This document shows, piece after piece, positions 59,174 through 64,000 of a stretch of 64,000 bases of DNA. The first letter of the stretch is position 1. Each line of letters opens with the position of its first letter. The notes beneath the pieces were generated by a model, which made no database searches, was not told where the DNA came from, and saw nothing but the letters and a program-made list of their open reading frames with translations. The stretch is from Promethearchaeota archaeon. Lineage in GTDB: Archaea > Asgardarchaeota > Lokiarchaeia > Sigyniarchaeales > SOKP01. The DNA is taken from the NCBI GenBank assembly GCA_048938855.1, contig JBHLLT010000002.1:192001-256000 (forward strand). The letters run 5' to 3'. The position numbers and the translations under genes are program-made.

Positions 59174-59356
59174 ATGCTTACAATTATTTTTTGTGCTATT
59201 TTATGATTTTGTGTTAATAAAATAATCATGATTAACATATTTAAATCTATTTGGAATAAAAAACTTTAAATAATATAGATTTTTGACAACAAAAAATAAA
59301 TTATATATTTTAATACTTTAATACTAAAAACAGATAAAAGATACTTCAAATAATTA

Positions 59357-60247
59357 CTAATTCAAATAATTGTGTAAAACTTCAAAATCTGATAAATTAA
59401 ATGGTTTCAAGATTACTCCTGTAGCACCTAAATCTTTAACTTTTTGTTCGATCTCGATATTAGGAATTGCTGTTAAGAAAAATACTGGGATCTCCTTCAA
59501 TTTTCTATCTGAATTAATTCTTTTTAAAATCTCATAACCATTAATATCTGGTAAAATTATGTCAAGAAGGATTACTTTAGGAATATAATTCTTTAGTTCC
59601 TTGAGCCCTTTAAATCCACTTAATACACCTTTACAAGAAATTCCCAACGATTCAAAATAACTTGTTAATAAATTAACAGTTTCAATATCATCCTCTATTA
59701 ACAATATATCATAGTCCATTACCCCATCAACCAATTCTTCTTTTTCCGTCTCAAATTTATCTAGGTGCTCAACAATTTTCTTCTCAAGAATTTGACATTG
59801 ACTTAACACATTTTTTATAATTGAGATCACCTTATCATTCAATTCAGTGGCATGTGCTTCCATAACTAACTGTAAATATCCTTTAATTGATGTTAAAGGT
59901 TCTTTTAAATCATGGGATAAACTAGAAAGGAGATCAATATCTACATTTTTATTTTTTAGAATAATTTTTGATCTATATTCAATAAAGAATTTTAATGCTT
60001 CTCTTATTAATTTGGATAAAGTGGAATAGTTATTACTATTTGCAAAATTTAACCATTCTTCCTTTGCATCTTTAGAAACATACAAGGAGATTCTTTCCTT
60101 ATCAGTAATAAAATCATCCTTACCAGTTTGCCATTTTCTAAAACTTTCAGTAACACTTCCCCGCCAAATAGCTTTCTTACCTGTTTCCCTTTCAAATTCT
60201 TCCATTTCTTTAGTTATTTTTTGGCGATCTGAAATTTTGCCCACCAA
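59357..60247 (-). CDS. RHH-HisKA-receiver signalling protein lacking the HATPase domain
   Basis: RISLYV...LSKLIREAL (RHH), LSHDLKEPLTSIKG (HisKA), LLIEDD...LLDIILP...LTA...KPF (REC). Confidence 0.8.
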   Translation of the reverse strand: MVGKISDRQKITKEMEEFERETGKKAIWRGSVTESFRKWQTGKDDFITDKERISLYVSKDAKEEWLNFANSNNYSTLSKLIREALKFFIEYRSKIILKNKNVDIDLLSSLSHDLKEPLTSIKGYLQLVMEAHATELNDKVISIIKNVLSQCQILEKKIVEHLDKFETEKEELVDGVMDYDILLIEDDIETVNLLTSYFESLGISCKGVLSGFKGLKELKNYIPKVILLDIILPDINGYEILKRINSDRKLKEIPVFFLTAIPNIEIEQKVKDLGATGVILKPFNLSDFEVLHNYLN

Positions 60248-60472
60248 TATTTTTAACTTTTATACATATCTATCAGTTTTTACATATTTAAATCTTTTTT
60301 TACACTAAAACTTATATAATCAAAAATAGTGAAAAAAAGAGCTTATCTAAAAATGGTATGCCCTATTGATAAAAGATTAGTCTAGGATTTGGATTTATAA
60401 GCTTAATATCTAATGAATGGAAAATAAAAATAATAAATAAAAAAAAAATGTAAAATATTATCATTGAATACT

Positions 60473-61306
60473 TTACTTTTTATCAAGTGTTAATGAATTT
60501 TTTAATTCTTCTGCTAACGACCCTAATTTATGAGCTGTAGAAGTTACTTCTTCCATCGAAGCAGTTTGTTGTTCTGCAGAAGCACTTATCCCTTCCATTG
60601 CACTAAAGGAGAAATTTATTTTATCAATTACTTCTTTAATTTTATCGTTTGTATCTCGTACAGCTCCTTTTGATTCCTCGGCTAACTTTCTAACTTCATC
60701 TGCTACAACAGCAAATCCTCTTCCTTGTTCACCAGCTCTTCCTGCTTCTATACTAGCATTCAAAGCCAATAAATTCGTTTGATCTGAAATGTTTGTAATG
60801 ATACTCATTACACTGTTAATTTCATTAGTAGACCTCATAACATCTTGAGTATTTGATGTCATTTCTAGGGTTGACGAGGCAATTTCTTCTGAAGCAGCAT
60901 TTACTTCACTAGCACTAGCAGCAAGTTCATTCGCTATATTTGCAACATTAATACTGGCATTTGAGGCTGCATCTATTACACCTTTCATATCATTGGAAGA
61001 TTTTTCAAGTTTTTGTTCCAAGAAAGGAATTACCGCGAAAAATAATGCGACTACTCCAATAAATAAGGCAAAACTTTCTCCAAAAGAGTCTGCATAATCA
61101 GAATTCCAAAGTTGCCACTTATCAAGAAGATTACCCATTGTATATAGAGCCCCTCCAAATACAGAAAATACATATATAGCGTTTGTAGGTGTTCTTTTCT
61201 TGTAATAAATAAATATAGCTACTATTGTTGCTATAAAAAAGAAGAGCATACCTACTAGATTAAAGCCACCATCAAGTAAATCTGCTGGATCGATTTGTAA
61301 AAACAT
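60473..61306 (-). CDS. Methyl-accepting chemotaxis-like protein (3 TM plus short signalling hairpin)
   Basis: [40 protein letters not shown], and [10 protein letters not shown]. Confidence 0.9.
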   Translation of the reverse strand: MFLQIDPADLLDGGFNLVGMLFFFIATIVAIFIYYKKRTPTNAIYVFSVFGGALYTMGNLLDKWQLWNSDYADSFGESFALFIGVVALFFAVIPFLEQKLEKSSNDMKGVIDAASNASINVANIANELAASASEVNAASEEIASSTLEMTSNTQDVMRSTNEINSVMSIITNISDQTNLLALNASIEAGRAGEQGRGFAVVADEVRKLAEESKGAVRDTNDKIKEVIDKINFSFSAMEGISASAEQQTASMEEVTSTAHKLGSLAEELKNSLTLDKK

Positions 61307-61314
61307 TTATTTTC

Positions 61315-61623
61315 TCACCGCTCCACCTTTTTAGTAGGTAATTTGATTTGTTTACCTTTTAAAACTTTGCTATAGTATTCATAGATTGCTGCGAGACAAA
61401 ACAAGATTCCTGCTAACATTGCAAAAAAGTGTTCCATAAAATTAAAAAAATCAGGTAGTATGAAAGCCTCTAAATTCGTTGAAAGGAAAGTTATAAATAC
61501 TGAATAATAACCTGGAAACCACTTCATTATATCACGTCTTCTTTTTAAGAGAATAGGAGAAAACGCAACAGGAATGGCCAAGATTATTAAAACTGTTAAT
61601 TCATTGATTTCTAAACTTGGCAT
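61315..61623 (-). CDS. Small 3-TM membrane protein, co-oriented upstream of the MCP
   Basis: Three hydrophobic segments; 8-nt gap to the MCP start. Confidence 0.75.
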   Translation of the reverse strand: MPSLEINELTVLIILAIPVAFSPILLKRRRDIMKWFPGYYSVFITFLSTNLEAFILPDFFNFMEHFFAMLAGILFCLAAIYEYYSKVLKGKQIKLPTKKVER

Positions 61624-62148
61624 TTATTACTCATTTCTTATTTTTTATATAAAACAAATCTAAAAGCAAAATCCCTTCCGAAGAAATTGCTTTAAGATGT
61701 TTTTTTATAACTAGTAAAAGTTTTTGTATATAAACATTCTTTTTTTGATCATTTTCTGTTTTTCCGTACACAAAAAAAAGTATTATAATGTAAGGATATA
61801 TTATTTTAAAATTATAATATTTTATTCTATACTTAGGAAGAGTTGCCCTATTAATTCTTTAAGATTAAAAACAATGAAATTTTAATGAATATGATACTTT
61901 TCCATTAAGTTAAATTCGGGAAAAGGTAAATATTTAAATAAACCAAATTTTTAAATTTATGTAAAAATTTTTAAAATTGATAACTTTATTTTATTTTTAA
62001 TCAATTTTAGTTTTTTATATTAAAAGTTACTAATAAAATAGAAATTAGGGGAAAAATTAGTGATTCAGTTTTGAAACAATCAAAATAGATACTTAATAAG
62101 GAGACAAAACTGCACCTTTAATTTAAAAAAAGGCTAGAGGGTAATGAA

Positions 62149-63729
62149 ATGGAAAAAATTGAAGAATTATTAAAGAAAGATAAAGAATATAAATCAAATA
62201 TAATCGATAAGGAAGGTACATTCAATTTAGAACAGAAATTAAAAGATTCTGAGAAAAAATTCCGAGTTTTATTTAACAATTCAACAAGCGGAATCGCTTA
62301 CCACAGAATAATATATGATGAAGCAAAAAATCCCATTAATTACGTAATTACAGATGTGAATAACCAGTACCAAGAAATTTTATCATTTAATAAGAAAGAT
62401 ATTTTAAACAAAACTGCAACACAAATATATGGAGTTAAACAAGCGCCATATTTAGAAATATATTCAAACGTAGCTGCAACCCAAGAATCAATTTCATTTG
62501 AATCTTATTTCGCACCAATGGATAAATACTTTAAAATCTCTGTAATATCCTCCCAAAAAGGGGAATTTATCACTATTTTTAATGACATAACAAAACGTAA
62601 ACTTTCAGAGCAAAAAATATTAGAATCTGAAGAAAAATTTAGAACTATTACCGAACAGTCTTTTATAGGCATAGCTATTTTACAAGATTTTCAATTTAAG
62701 TATGTTAATCAACAATTCTCAGATACATTAGGATATACCACTGATGAGATTTTAAATTGGAAGCCAAAAGAATTTTACAAACTTATTCATCCTGATGATC
62801 GCAAAATGGTTTATAATCTTACTGAACAAAAATATCATAGCAGAAATACAGAAATTGCAAATTTACAATTTAGAATACTTAAAAAAAATAATGAAGTCAT
62901 TTGGTTAGAAATTATCTCAAAAACAATATCTTATAAAGGCAAGCTAGCGAATTTGATTGCTACATTAAATATAACAGAAAAAAGAGAAGCAGAAAGGATT
63001 GTTCTAGAAGAAAATAAGAAATTGCTTGAATTGAATAAAATGAGAAAGGATATAATTACACGTGTGTCTCATGAATTAAAAACCCCATTGACTTCAATAT
63101 ATGGCGCATCTCAAATTCTAATAAAACATCTTAGAGAAAAACTTGATGATGATGTAATGAATTTTGTTGAAATTTCTCATAGAGGTGCTATACGTTTGAA
63201 AAAATTGGTAGAAAATTTAATTGATGCTTCAAGAATAGAAACTGGAAAATTAATGCTAAAATTATCTGTTCAAAATATCTCAAATCTAGTTAGAGAATGC
63301 GTTGATGAGATGAAGTATCTTACTTACAATCGCAAACAATCTATTAATTTAAAACTTCCTGAAGAAATATACTTTTATGTTGATAAAATCCGGCTCCAAC
63401 AAGTAATAACTAACATTTTATCAAATGCAATTAAAAATACCCCCAAAAATGGATCTATAAATATCACCCTTACAGAAAAATCAGGATATATTGATATTAG
63501 AATAAAGGATAATGGAATTGGGTTAACCGAAAAAGAAAAAGAAATTATTTTTGAAAAATTTGGTAAAATTGAACGGTATGGGATGGATTTAGGGGTTGAC
63601 ATTGAAGGTTCGGGACTTGGATTATACATCTCTAAGGAGATAATCGAATCGCACGGGGGACATATTCTTGTAGAATCAAAAGGAAGACATCAGGGAGCTT
63701 TATTTACGATTAGATTATTTAAAAACTGA
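62149..63729 (+). CDS. Cytoplasmic PAS-PAS sensor histidine kinase
   Basis: Two PAS domains (SEKKFR, SEEKFR, IHPDD), SHELKTPLT, NILSNAIK, DNGIG, GSGLGL. Confidence 0.93.
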   Translation: MEKIEELLKKDKEYKSNIIDKEGTFNLEQKLKDSEKKFRVLFNNSTSGIAYHRIIYDEAKNPINYVITDVNNQYQEILSFNKKDILNKTATQIYGVKQAPYLEIYSNVAATQESISFESYFAPMDKYFKISVISSQKGEFITIFNDITKRKLSEQKILESEEKFRTITEQSFIGIAILQDFQFKYVNQQFSDTLGYTTDEILNWKPKEFYKLIHPDDRKMVYNLTEQKYHSRNTEIANLQFRILKKNNEVIWLEIISKTISYKGKLANLIATLNITEKREAERIVLEENKKLLELNKMRKDIITRVSHELKTPLTSIYGASQILIKHLREKLDDDVMNFVEISHRGAIRLKKLVENLIDASRIETGKLMLKLSVQNISNLVRECVDEMKYLTYNRKQSINLKLPEEIYFYVDKIRLQQVITNILSNAIKNTPKNGSINITLTEKSGYIDIRIKDNGIGLTEKEKEIIFEKFGKIERYGMDLGVDIEGSGLGLYISKEIIESHGGHILVESKGRHQGALFTIRLFKN

Positions 63730-63875
63730 TCAATTGGCTAAAAGTGAATTACCTTTATTTTGCTCCTCATGCTTATCAATTAAACATTAACAATTAAATT
63801 GTCATTCTCCTTATTAAAAACTATTAATCCAAATTTTATATCAATAAGATATAATAATTTTATTGGTAAAATCAT

Positions 63876-64000
63876 ATGAAAAATGCTATAAATATAGCAC
63901 AGAGTACACTTTATATCGCCTGCATAATTGCAGTCGTATTATTGGTAAATGATTATTTCATTAAAATTCATGTTCTATTAGATTATTTATTAATCTTTAT
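63876..64000 (+). CDS. Possible start of a membrane protein (runs off the window)
   Basis: MKNAINIAQSTLYIACIIAVVLLVNDYFIKIHVLLDYLLIF... open to the window end; hydrophobic. Confidence 0.35.
   Translation, partial: MKNAINIAQSTLYIACIIAVVLLVNDYFIKIHVLLDYLLIF

Noticed and set aside
1977-63629. Short ORFs antisense to, or nested in, long genes (e.g. 1977-2210, 3066-3311, 8735-8950, 18090-18314, 24612-24932, 30599-30865, 31013-31339, 41217-41618, 45425-45610, 45493-45735, 63375-63629)
   Set aside because: Shadow ORFs overlapping well-supported genes; no motifs of their own.

Overview
AT-rich, gene-dense archaeal chromosomal segment, most consistent with an Asgard archaeon (Lokiarchaeia-like). The assignment rests on archaeal information-processing genes (TFB, DnaG, aIF6, S26e, S19e, L31e, L39e, LX, FtsY, SecE, Rpp21, Nep1, ArcS/RaSEA, TrmY) occurring with eukaryote-signature-like proteins (Roadblock/LC7, longin/uDENN, SNAP-like TPR, Get3-like ATPase), Wood-Ljungdahl/corrinoid genes and a sensory cluster at the right end. 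It has two tRNAs: Gly-TCC, and Phe-GAA with a D-loop intron. I found no CRISPR array, transposase or integrase. Most notable observations: (1) a tandem Lrp/AsnC regulator with a single TATA-binding-protein repeat inserted between its two units, divergent from ahcY; (2) an unannotated ~208-nt structured RNA candidate between a folliculin/NPRL2-like longin gene and two Roadblock genes; (3) several genes that appear to need an AUU start codon; (4) an RHH-HisKA-REC protein without a kinase ATPase domain, next to a small MCP and its 3-TM partner. All product calls are from motif recognition by eye; no database searches were run.
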